NCBI GenBank assembly: GCA_045536565.1
Contig: JAZSNU010000012.1
Coordinates: 1 to 19,833, forward strand
Length of the DNA: 19,833 nucleotides
From: Clostridia bacterium
GTDB lineage: Bacteria; Bacillota; Clostridia; TANB77; CAG-465
Reading direction: 5' to 3'
Both the position numbers and the translations under genes were made by a program. Every line of letters starts with the position of its first letter. Within the stretch, counting starts at the first letter, position 1. The notes beneath the pieces are model-generated. The model was not told where the DNA came from and ran no database searches. It worked only from the letters and a program-made list of their open reading frames with translations. Below, in pieces: positions 9,384 through 17,617 of this stretch.

Positions 9384-11360
9384 TTATTTTGCTGTCGTCC
9401 TTCTAACTGGTGCTACTAGAACATCAATAGTTTCTTTTAATTTGTTAATAAGTGCTGTTTTTATAGTAACTTGTACATCTTTATTTTTATCTGCTATTAT
9501 ACTAGATAATTTCTTTAAATTTTTCTTATCAAATTTAAGCAGTTTTTTGTTATTTTCATATCTTGAATTTACAATACTTATAAAGTTATACATATCATAG
9601 TTTGTTATTTTTAACAATCTATCATATAAAAGTTCCATATCATATTTTTCAAATATAGCAACATTGCTAAACTCTGATACTACCTCTTTATAGAATAAAT
9701 CTACATCATCAATAAGTTTTTTAAACAAATCTGCAACTTTATCTTTTTCAAGATTTTCGGAATATTGCAATTTAGCATCTCTACAATCTTCTGCAAACTT
9801 CCTTATTATTTCATCAGTACTGTCTAATCCTTCGTATTCATCATCTGTAACAATTACATCAGTTTGCTTTGTAAGTGCTATTTTAAAGCCTAATAAAAAC
9901 CTATTAGAAAGTTCATCAATAGTCATTGCATCTATTAATTTCAAATCATGTAATTGCTTGTATACTCCAAATAGTCTTGTATATTCTGAACTTGGAACTT
10001 CTCCTGCTTTTACACTATCTAACACTTTGGTTGCTGTTATCTCAAAATCAATATCAGACATTTTCCAATAGCTTCCATCAATTATTTTTAAATACAATGG
10101 ATCATTTTTTCTTTCCTTTTTATTTAAAGCTTTCTTCATATCCTCTTTAAATTGTTTTTCATCAAACATTCTTGTTCTTACATACATTTCAACAAATTTA
10201 AAGAATCTATATTCTTCTTTACAATTTAAGAAATATCTTGTATCGAATTCTCTTAAATAATACTGGCTAGAATCACTCATTATATTTGAAGTAAATAGTA
10301 TTGATTTATATTCTTCGTTTGATTTTACACTACTAAATTTAGCCTTAACAACATTTCCTACCTTTATTTCAAATGATATTGCTATTGTAAATATAAGGAT
10401 AGTTTTAAGCATATCATTTGATACATTAGGATATTCTCTTGTAACATTATCATATATTCTTTCAAAATCATTTAAAGCATGTTTTAATACTCTTAGATTT
10501 CTTGTATTAGTTTTATTAAATGTATTAATTATGGTTGCTATTTCCATTTTTAAGAATTTCTCAAATAACTTGTTATAATCATAACGCATAATCATACCAC
10601 TTAATATGTATGAATACTCAGGAACATATTCAAAACATTCACCAACTAATTTTTCTTTTATTCTCTCATATGCATTTGCTCTATCAAAAATACTTTCAAC
10701 CTTTTCTTCCAACTTATTTGCAACTGGTTCTTCAAGGGTATCTACTAATTCTGTTTTCTTACCTTTACCTTCTTTTTCAAGCATTAATGTTGCAATTAAA
10801 GTTTTCATTTCAATATTATTATTTTTAAATTTAATAGCAAGTTCTTTTTCATTACATATTAATATAGTTTTTATTCCATCATGCTCAACAAAGTTATTTA
10901 TATATCCTAATATATCTATTATATCAATATTGGCTCTTTCTAAGTCATCAAAGCAAAGTATTTTATCGTCAGTAGTAAACATTTTAGCAAAATCTATTTT
11001 ACCACCATCTACTTGCATTGTTCCATATAAATTTGCTATATCAACACCAGTTTTTACATACTCTGGTATAACATTACCATCTGTATTTTCAGCAAACTTC
11101 TTTAATGTTTTAGTTAAAACTGGATTTGTTTCTAAGAATATTTTCTTGCTTATTTCTTCTATACTATTTATACCATACAAAGAAATGTATATTGTTTTAT
11201 ATGTTTTCCCCGCTTTGTTTTTTATGACTTCTAATCTTTTCCTTAGTTTATTATTCCAAAAATGAGTCTTTCCACTTCCCCATTCTCCATTAATCATTAT
11301 TGCATAATCAGTATATGGTTTTCTAACATATTCTTCTATGCTTTCAATTAATTCTTTCAT
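9384..11360 (-). CDS. KAP-family P-loop NTPase with a long uncharacterised C-terminal region
   Basis: YAIMINGEWGSGKT (Walker A), ILCFDDLER (Walker B), EKLVG and NLRVLKHAL. ATG at 11360 is preferred over GTG at 11369 because AAGGGGTG sits 6 nt upstream of it. Promoter TTGCTA-17-TATAAT at 11392-11420. Confidence 0.8.
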   Translation of the reverse strand: MKELIESIEEYVRKPYTDYAIMINGEWGSGKTHFWNNKLRKRLEVIKNKAGKTYKTIYISLYGINSIEEISKKIFLETNPVLTKTLKKFAENTDGNVIPEYVKTGVDIANLYGTMQVDGGKIDFAKMFTTDDKILCFDDLERANIDIIDILGYINNFVEHDGIKTILICNEKELAIKFKNNNIEMKTLIATLMLEKEGKGKKTELVDTLEEPVANKLEEKVESIFDRANAYERIKEKLVGECFEYVPEYSYILSGMIMRYDYNKLFEKFLKMEIATIINTFNKTNTRNLRVLKHALNDFERIYDNVTREYPNVSNDMLKTILIFTIAISFEIKVGNVVKAKFSSVKSNEEYKSILFTSNIMSDSSQYYLREFDTRYFLNCKEEYRFFKFVEMYVRTRMFDEKQFKEDMKKALNKKERKNDPLYLKIIDGSYWKMSDIDFEITATKVLDSVKAGEVPSSEYTRLFGVYKQLHDLKLIDAMTIDELSNRFLLGFKIALTKQTDVIVTDDEYEGLDSTDEIIRKFAEDCRDAKLQYSENLEKDKVADLFKKLIDDVDLFYKEVVSEFSNVAIFEKYDMELLYDRLLKITNYDMYNFISIVNSRYENNKKLLKFDKKNLKKLSSIIADKNKDVQVTIKTALINKLKETIDVLVAPVRRTTAK

Positions 11361-11447
11361 AAACTGCACCCCTTAAATTACCTTTTCCTACATTATATAC
11401 TTAACTTTAATTTTTAGCAAGTACTATCATAATTTATTTGCAAATAG

Positions 11448-11486
11448 AAAAAGTACCTTTAAATAATTTATTTAAAGATACTTTTT
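11448..11486 (-). terminator. Probable terminator after the WG-repeat gene
   Basis: AAAAAGTA-C-CTTTAAATA / TATTTAAAG-A-TACTTTTT. Confidence 0.6.
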
Positions 11487-11497
11487 AACAAAGTCAA

Positions 11498-12436
11498 TTA
11501 ATACTCATATGAAAGATCATTCCATTTTCCGTCAAAATATTTGTAAGTATATTTTTTTAGTTTTAGAGATGATTTTTGGAAAAATTTATTGTATTTTACA
11601 TGATAATATATCGGCCTTCCATTCATTGACAACTCAATAAATGGCGTATGATTTACTTCTTGGTACAAATCAAAAGCAATAGGAAGTATTTGGTAACCAT
11701 CCCCACCATATAAACCATATAGGCCATCATTTTTTACAACAAACACATCAAGATTTTTAAGATACTCTATATAATCATATTTTACTGGTAAGACTTCGTT
11801 ACCATCTGATGTAAACACTCCAAATTTTAAGTTTATTTTTGTCATAACAAATTCATGATTTTTTCCAAAAAGCTTTAAATCATCATATATAGGTTTTATA
11901 AGGCACTCACCATCAATATCATAAATACCTTTCTTTCCTTTTTTAGTTACACTAAATGTACAATTGCTATCATTAATAGTAATTCCATCAAATTTTATTG
12001 GAAGAATAATATCACCATATTGATTATAAATTCCTTTTACTTCCCTTATCGTGTCCTTAGTTTTAATATACTTGGTAAGTAAAATATAATCGTACTCTGT
12101 CATCAATTCTACCTTTACAAATGGACCGAAAACTTTTTGCTTGTCATCAAAAAAGATATAGAAATTATCATTGTCATTACATATGATATAATATTCTTCA
12201 TGTATTTCCCATCCAACAACATTTTCTATACAAAATAGTTTTTTTCCATCTTCTAGTGCAAATCCTTCAACAGTACATTTTTTGTCGACAACTATATTTC
12301 CTATTGTGTGCGTGTCTGTTTCTATTCTGCCAATAACTGATTTATCATACGGCTGCACATTGTCATAAATATAATCTGTATACCATACTCCTTCCACATT
12401 AATTCTATACTTTTTTTCTGCCTTAAAATTACTCAT
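11498..12436 (-). CDS. WG-repeat (KWG/WG_beta_rep-like) protein
   Basis: Four repeats: KGIYNQYGDIILPIKFD, KGIYDIDGECLIKPIYD, FGVFTSDGNEVLPVKYD, YGLYGGDGYQILPIAFD. AAGGAGG RBS and promoter TTGCAC-17-TATAAT (12485-12513). Confidence 0.8.
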   Translation of the reverse strand: MSNFKAEKKYRINVEGVWYTDYIYDNVQPYDKSVIGRIETDTHTIGNIVVDKKCTVEGFALEDGKKLFCIENVVGWEIHEEYYIICNDNDNFYIFFDDKQKVFGPFVKVELMTEYDYILLTKYIKTKDTIREVKGIYNQYGDIILPIKFDGITINDSNCTFSVTKKGKKGIYDIDGECLIKPIYDDLKLFGKNHEFVMTKINLKFGVFTSDGNEVLPVKYDYIEYLKNLDVFVVKNDGLYGLYGGDGYQILPIAFDLYQEVNHTPFIELSMNGRPIYYHVKYNKFFQKSSLKLKKYTYKYFDGKWNDLSYEY

Positions 12437-12531
12437 TTCGCTACCTCCTTAAATTTAACTTGGTTTTATTTTATCAATAACTATATTATATCATATTATG
12501 TAAATTTGTGCAACAAAAAGAAGTATATTAA

Positions 12532-14721
12532 CTATACTCCTTCTATCAATCTATATTTTAAACCTGTTCTTCTAATATTTTCGTGTGTATTATCTACCAT
12601 ATAGTTTAATACCTTTCTGCTTCCCACAAATATTAGCATTTCTTTTGCTCTTGTCATAGCAGTATATATAAGGTTACGATTAAATAGTTTTTCATAACAT
12701 ACATAAAGTGGTATTATAACTGCTTTAAATTCACTTCCTTGGCTTTTATGTACTGTAACAGCATATGCATGCTCTAATTCATCTAACATATCGCTATCGT
12801 ATTTAATTTGTTTTCCATCATCGAATTTAACAACTATTTCTTTTTGAATATTGTCTATACTTTGTATTATTCCAATGTCACCGTTATATACCCCTTTGTA
12901 TGTTATACCATCTACATCATAAGATATATCATAGTTGTTCTTTATTTGCATTACTTTATCGCCTTCTCTAAACGTTCTATCCCCTGCTTTTCTTGAAGTT
13001 ATTCCGTCTCTTTCCGGATTTAATATTTCTTGTATTTCCCTGTTTAAACTATATGTACCTACATCCGTTTTCTTGATTGGAGATATAACTTGTACATCTT
13101 CAACAATATTATATTCAGCATAGTTTTCAAGTCTATATGTAAGAAGCGATAATAATTCACTCTTTGTATCCTCTATTGTATTTGTTTCTATAAAATACAT
13201 ATCAGTATCTTTGTTTTTAAATTCTAAATATTCTCCATTTTTTACTCTATGTGCATTTAATACTATATCGCTTTCTGCACTTTGTCTATATATTTCGTTT
13301 AATTCTACTACATCTACTACTTTCGAATCAATTATATCCTTAAGAACACTTCCTGGACCAACCGATGGTAATTGATAACTATCTCCTACCAGTATAAGTT
13401 TTGTATGAGCTTTTATAGCCTTTATTAAATTATTCATAAGTATTGTGTCTACCATTGATACCTCATCTATTATAACAACATCATGTGGTATTGTTTCTGG
13501 CATGTAATTTATTATGCTATCTATATCATTATCATTTATCTTAGTTATTTCTAAAAGTCTATGTAATGTTTTTGCTTGTTTACCTGTTGTTTCAGTAATT
13601 CTTTTTGCTGCTCTTCCCGTTGGTGCACATAGCACATAAGATTTTTTCTCTCCCTCTAATATATCAATTATACATTTTATAATTGTAGTTTTACCTGTTC
13701 CTGGTCCACCAGTTATAACAGAAACATGACTGTTTAAGCATGTTGTTATTGCCTTTTTTTGTGTATCAGACAAGATTAAATTCTGTTTTTGACTAGCTAT
13801 TTCTATTTGCTTTTCATATTTTTTCTTACCTGGCATTTCTTTTATTCTTGTAGTTATATATTCTGCTATGTTTTTTTCTGCTACATGCATACTTTTCCTG
13901 TATACATATTCATTATCTTCTCTTGTATCTATAACTATATTAGAATTCATTTTAAGTTTAATTAATATATCATCTATATATTCTTTTTCTACACCTAAAA
14001 CTTTGCATGTGTATTCTATTAATGTGTTTTTTTCTATACATGTGTGACCCGCAAGCATAATCTCATTTAAAGAATACATTACACCTGCTTTTAATCTTGC
14101 CTCGTTTGTGCTATCTATATTAAGATTTTTACCAAGTTCATCAACAACCTTAAAACTAATTGATGCCACAAATTCAAGAAGTGAATATGGATTTTCTTTT
14201 ATTATATCTATTGCACCTATTCCAAGTGTATCATATATTTTACTTGATATAGTAATAGATACGCCAAAACCTGCTAAGAAACTTGTTAAGTTCCATCTTT
14301 CCCACTCGTTATTTACATATTCACAAATGGCTAATGCTTTTTCCTCTGTTATACCTTTTACTCTTGTAAGCTCATATGGTTTGTTTTTGATTACATCAAA
14401 TACATCTTGGCCAAAAACATCCACTATTTTTTCAGCTGTTTTTACTCCTACACCTTTTACCTCTGATTTTGCAATATATTCTATTAATGCATCTGTATCC
14501 TTTGGCATAATTTTGGTTATAGATTTAAATGCAAGTTGTTCGCCATAGCTTTTATGATAAGTTATATCACCCTCTACTTCTACTGTATCCCCTTTTTCTA
14601 TATTGCATGTTTCTCCTACGGCAGTTATATATCCGTCATCTTCTGAATCTAAAACAAATACAGTATAACCATTTTTTTCATTTCTATATATAATTGTAGA
14701 AACCTTACCTTCTACTTTCAT
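12532..14721 (-). CDS. recD2: ATP-dependent RecD-like DNA helicase RecD2
   Basis: N-terminal OB/HhH region (KGVGVKTAEKIV), GGPGTGKTT, APTGRAAKR, DEVSM, QLPSVGPG, YAVTVHKSQGSE, YTAMTRAK. Confidence 0.95.
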   Translation of the reverse strand: MKVEGKVSTIIYRNEKNGYTVFVLDSEDDGYITAVGETCNIEKGDTVEVEGDITYHKSYGEQLAFKSITKIMPKDTDALIEYIAKSEVKGVGVKTAEKIVDVFGQDVFDVIKNKPYELTRVKGITEEKALAICEYVNNEWERWNLTSFLAGFGVSITISSKIYDTLGIGAIDIIKENPYSLLEFVASISFKVVDELGKNLNIDSTNEARLKAGVMYSLNEIMLAGHTCIEKNTLIEYTCKVLGVEKEYIDDILIKLKMNSNIVIDTREDNEYVYRKSMHVAEKNIAEYITTRIKEMPGKKKYEKQIEIASQKQNLILSDTQKKAITTCLNSHVSVITGGPGTGKTTIIKCIIDILEGEKKSYVLCAPTGRAAKRITETTGKQAKTLHRLLEITKINDNDIDSIINYMPETIPHDVVIIDEVSMVDTILMNNLIKAIKAHTKLILVGDSYQLPSVGPGSVLKDIIDSKVVDVVELNEIYRQSAESDIVLNAHRVKNGEYLEFKNKDTDMYFIETNTIEDTKSELLSLLTYRLENYAEYNIVEDVQVISPIKKTDVGTYSLNREIQEILNPERDGITSRKAGDRTFREGDKVMQIKNNYDISYDVDGITYKGVYNGDIGIIQSIDNIQKEIVVKFDDGKQIKYDSDMLDELEHAYAVTVHKSQGSEFKAVIIPLYVCYEKLFNRNLIYTAMTRAKEMLIFVGSRKVLNYMVDNTHENIRRTGLKYRLIEGV

Positions 14722-14736
14722 ACTACCTCCGTTATA

Positions 14737-15798
14737 TTATTCTAATGTAACATTTAATTCTACTGGATGATGGTCGCTATACTTAAAATCGTTTGAAACA
14801 GTTTTTACACTATTTAATTTAACATTAGGACTAAGAATATATCCATCTATTACATAAAGCTGAGTATTTGTATCTTCTACTTTATATGATTTATTAAGTA
14901 ATCTGCTTGTTGGATTTTCATCATCTACTGCATATTTAAATCCTTCTGGAAGATAATCTTCTGGTATTTCTTTTGCAGAAAAATGACTATCATCTAGTAC
15001 TGGATATTTAGACTTATCTACCACTGGGAATGTGTGATTAAAATCCCCACCTGCTATTACATAGTTTCCTTTTTCATATTCATCTATCATTATCTCTTTA
15101 AGTTTGTTTAATTGTTTTTCTCTTGAACTGCCATTATCATATGCCTCTAAATGTAGATTAATTATTACAAGCTGATTCTCAGATTTTTCTATATCAATTC
15201 TTTGTAACATCAGACATCTTTTAAACATAACCATACTCATTGGGAAATTATATGCACTATCAAAAGCAATTCTTTCTGTTTCTCCTTGATATTTATTTAA
15301 TATCATCATACCTGAATGAACATATCCAACAGGATTTGTTAAAGGATATGGTATGTACAAACATTTATGATAAGTTGCATATGTTGCTGTTCCACCGAAA
15401 CATGCTTTTAATTCTTCATATTGATTTATCTTGTATGATCTTTTTGCTTTATAGTCTACTTCTTGGAATAAATATATATCAGCATTTTTTTCTTTTATAT
15501 ATCTTTTTACTCCATATAAATTGTTTTGTACATTTGCATTAGTTTCTGGCATTATACCTTGTCCACCATCCATAAAAAAGTCTTGTGAACTATCTAGTGA
15601 CAAATATCCTATATTGTATGTAACAATATTTAGTGTTGCTCCTTTTTGTAATTTATATATTGATTCTCCGTCAGATTTTAATTTTTCTACATCATCTGGA
15701 CAATACTCAGTTACAAACAACACTAAAAAACCTATTACCAATAACGATAATATAGTTATCAACACTATTAACAATATTTTCCATATTTTACTATTCAT
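14737..15798 (-). CDS. Membrane-anchored endonuclease/exonuclease/phosphatase (EEP) family protein
   Basis: N-terminal hydrophobic helix, TYNIGY, FQEVD, NLHLEAY, GGDFN, IDGYILS, SDHHPV. Confidence 0.88.
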   Translation of the reverse strand: MNSKIWKILLIVLITILSLLVIGFLVLFVTEYCPDDVEKLKSDGESIYKLQKGATLNIVTYNIGYLSLDSSQDFFMDGGQGIMPETNANVQNNLYGVKRYIKEKNADIYLFQEVDYKAKRSYKINQYEELKACFGGTATYATYHKCLYIPYPLTNPVGYVHSGMMILNKYQGETERIAFDSAYNFPMSMVMFKRCLMLQRIDIEKSENQLVIINLHLEAYDNGSSREKQLNKLKEIMIDEYEKGNYVIAGGDFNHTFPVVDKSKYPVLDDSHFSAKEIPEDYLPEGFKYAVDDENPTSRLLNKSYKVEDTNTQLYVIDGYILSPNVKLNSVKTVSNDFKYSDHHPVELNVTLE

Positions 15799-15904
15799 AC
15801 TTATTCCCCTTTATTTTTATATATTATATCACCAATTATATAAATATGGAATGTTAAATAGGATAAAATATAACAAATTATTTATACTATTTCTTATGTA
15901 AGTA

Positions 15905-15936
15905 ATATACCCACCAGAATAAACCGGTGGGTATAT
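15905..15936 (-). terminator. Hairpin immediately downstream of the Cys-rich peptide ORF
   Basis: 11-bp perfect stem ATATACCCACC / GGTGGGTATAT with a 10-nt loop, 16 nt after the peptide stop. The minus-strand U-tail is weak. Confidence 0.65.
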
Positions 15937-15952
15937 GTTTTTTGCATAGATG

Positions 15953-16066
15953 TTAATCACCATCTACACAGTTACAATCTGTACACTGACTGCACTGACC
16001 GCCAGAAGTCTGACCAGAAATACAATCACTTACCATGTACATTCCATTTGAAGCATAAATGAACAT
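15953..16066 (-). CDS. Putative RiPP precursor peptide, 37 aa, Cys-rich (not in the ORF track)
   Basis: Manual translation: MFIYASNGMYMVSDCISGQTSGGQCSQCTDCNCVDGD*. SD AAAGGAG lies 7 nt before the ATG, which is 2 nt after the maturase stop. A hairpin follows. Confidence 0.8.
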   Translation of the reverse strand: MFIYASNGMYMVSDCISGQTSGGQCSQCTDCNCVDGD

Positions 16067-16068
16067 TT

Positions 16069-17457
16069 TTATTCTCCTTTCTTATTATTATAGTATATAT
16101 TCATCGCATAAATACGAAGAACATCAGGTAAACATTCCTTATACAAATTACAATAAGGCGAAACATGTAAAAATGTTTTATATGATGCATATGTTTGCAG
16201 AGGACATGCTCCTGCACAACTATGTCTCCAAATACATTTGCTGCATTCCTCAATATCACAAGCAGATGTTTTGGATATTTCAGAAAAAATGTTATCAATA
16301 TCAGTAATTACATCTTTTAACTCTGTAATATTTGATTTTGTACATTCAAGTCCTAAACTACACGAACCTATTGATCCATCCTGACCTATTGAAAAGAAAT
16401 TTTTGCCTGCTGCACACGCTCTTCTTACAGGTTTTGAAAAGGTTACATCACCAAATTGAAAAGCCCAACCCAAGTTTCCTTTACATAGTTCATCTTTCAT
16501 GATTTTAAAACATTGTTTTAATATTTTAATACAATATTTCTCATCTTCAAGAATAGCTGGTTTTCCAGTTTGAGTATCTCTTTCAAAAGAAAATCTAAAG
16601 AATATCTTTTTATTTATCATAAACTTAGTAAGTTCTGGAAGACCTTCTAAATTTTCTTTTGTAACTGTAACCATAATAGATGGTTTTATACCATGATTAA
16701 TGAGATTATCAATTCCATTCATTGCTGATTTATAACTTCCACTGCCATCGCGTCTTATTCTATTTTTATCGTGATATCGTTCAATACCATCAATAGAAAC
16801 ACCAACTGACATATTTTGATCCGCAATATATTTTGCTATTTCCGGTGTTATTAAAGTTCCGTTTGTAGGTATTACATATCTAACTTGTATATCCCCTTTA
16901 TTTTTGGCACAATACTCAACTATTTCTTTTATTAAATCAAATCGCATTAATGGCTCTCCACCAACTAACATTAAGCATAGTTTTGGAAAATTATTTTTAC
17001 GACATGATTCTAACATTTTATCAATGGACTCATACACAATGCAATTTGGCATATTAGATTTTGTTTTGTGAATATAACAATATTTGCATCTAAGATTACA
17101 ATCGTTTGTTATATGTAACCAACATGTAAGTTCTTTTTGCCAAGCATCATTAGTAGGTGAAATTTTATCAGCTATTAACATATGTTTTTCTACAAGTGAC
17201 TCAACAATAATATTTGCCATTTTTTCATCTTCTTTATTAAAATTAGCATTTTTTATTGCCTCTTTAATATTACAATTACCATCAAATAGTTTTAAAAAAT
17301 CAACTACTTTTTTACCAACTGTTAATACTCCTCCGTATCCTACCGGATTATATAATAAAAATACATCTTCATCATATTTATTTTCCTCTTTGGATAAAAT
17401 ACGATCAATCAACAGTTCCTTTGGTAGTTTAAGTACCATTTTTTCATCTAGCTTCAT
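16069..17457 (-). CDS. Radical SAM/SPASM peptide maturase with probable N-terminal RRE (PqqD-like) domain
   Basis: CNLRCKYC (CX3CX2C), GGEP, VSIDG. SPASM C-X12-G-X4-C (CAAGKNFFSIGQDGSIGSC), CX2CX5CX3C (CSKCIWRHSCAGAC) and a later Cys. An N-terminal extension of about 95 aa has an RRE-like pattern. Confidence 0.9.
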   Translation of the reverse strand: MKLDEKMVLKLPKELLIDRILSKEENKYDEDVFLLYNPVGYGGVLTVGKKVVDFLKLFDGNCNIKEAIKNANFNKEDEKMANIIVESLVEKHMLIADKISPTNDAWQKELTCWLHITNDCNLRCKYCYIHKTKSNMPNCIVYESIDKMLESCRKNNFPKLCLMLVGGEPLMRFDLIKEIVEYCAKNKGDIQVRYVIPTNGTLITPEIAKYIADQNMSVGVSIDGIERYHDKNRIRRDGSGSYKSAMNGIDNLINHGIKPSIMVTVTKENLEGLPELTKFMINKKIFFRFSFERDTQTGKPAILEDEKYCIKILKQCFKIMKDELCKGNLGWAFQFGDVTFSKPVRRACAAGKNFFSIGQDGSIGSCSLGLECTKSNITELKDVITDIDNIFSEISKTSACDIEECSKCIWRHSCAGACPLQTYASYKTFLHVSPYCNLYKECLPDVLRIYAMNIYYNNKKGE

Positions 17458-17535
17458 ATTTATTCCTCCATATCATATTAATTATTTTACTCACTTAATT
17501 TATTTGAACCAAGTTATACTAAATATTTCTCAGAA

Positions 17536-17564
17536 ATTATATCATGTTTACATAATTTTGTCAA
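17536..17564 (-). promoter_or_regulatory. Consensus sigma-A promoter for the maturase-peptide operon
   Basis: TTGACA-17 nt-TATAAT with extended -10 TG (TTGACAAAATTATGTAAACATGATATAAT). Confidence 0.75.
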
Positions 17565-17617
17565 TTACACAACAATAATTTGTTTTTTTCTACAAAATTT
17601 GTTATACTAATTATGTT

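Noticed and set aside
1141-15901. Short overlapping ORFs in the track (e.g. 1141-1398, 2001-2381, 5186-5476, 6575-7054, 10606-11265, 14108-14548, 15521-15901)
   Set aside because: They are shadow ORFs inside well-supported genes, with no recognisable motifs.
16059-16307. 82-aa (+) and 65-aa (-) ORFs overlapping the maturase 3' end as possible precursors
   Set aside because: They are antisense or out-of-frame overlaps with the SPASM domain. The 37-aa ORF has the SD, spacing and downstream hairpin.
15953-17457. SCIFF/thermocellin locus or anaerobic sulfatase maturase assignment
   Set aside because: The peptide has five Cys and lacks the SCIFF CQSACKTSC pattern. No sulfatase is nearby, and the enzyme has an RRE-like extension.
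17084-17578. 164-aa (+) ORF
   Set aside because: Antisense shadow of the maturase 5' region.
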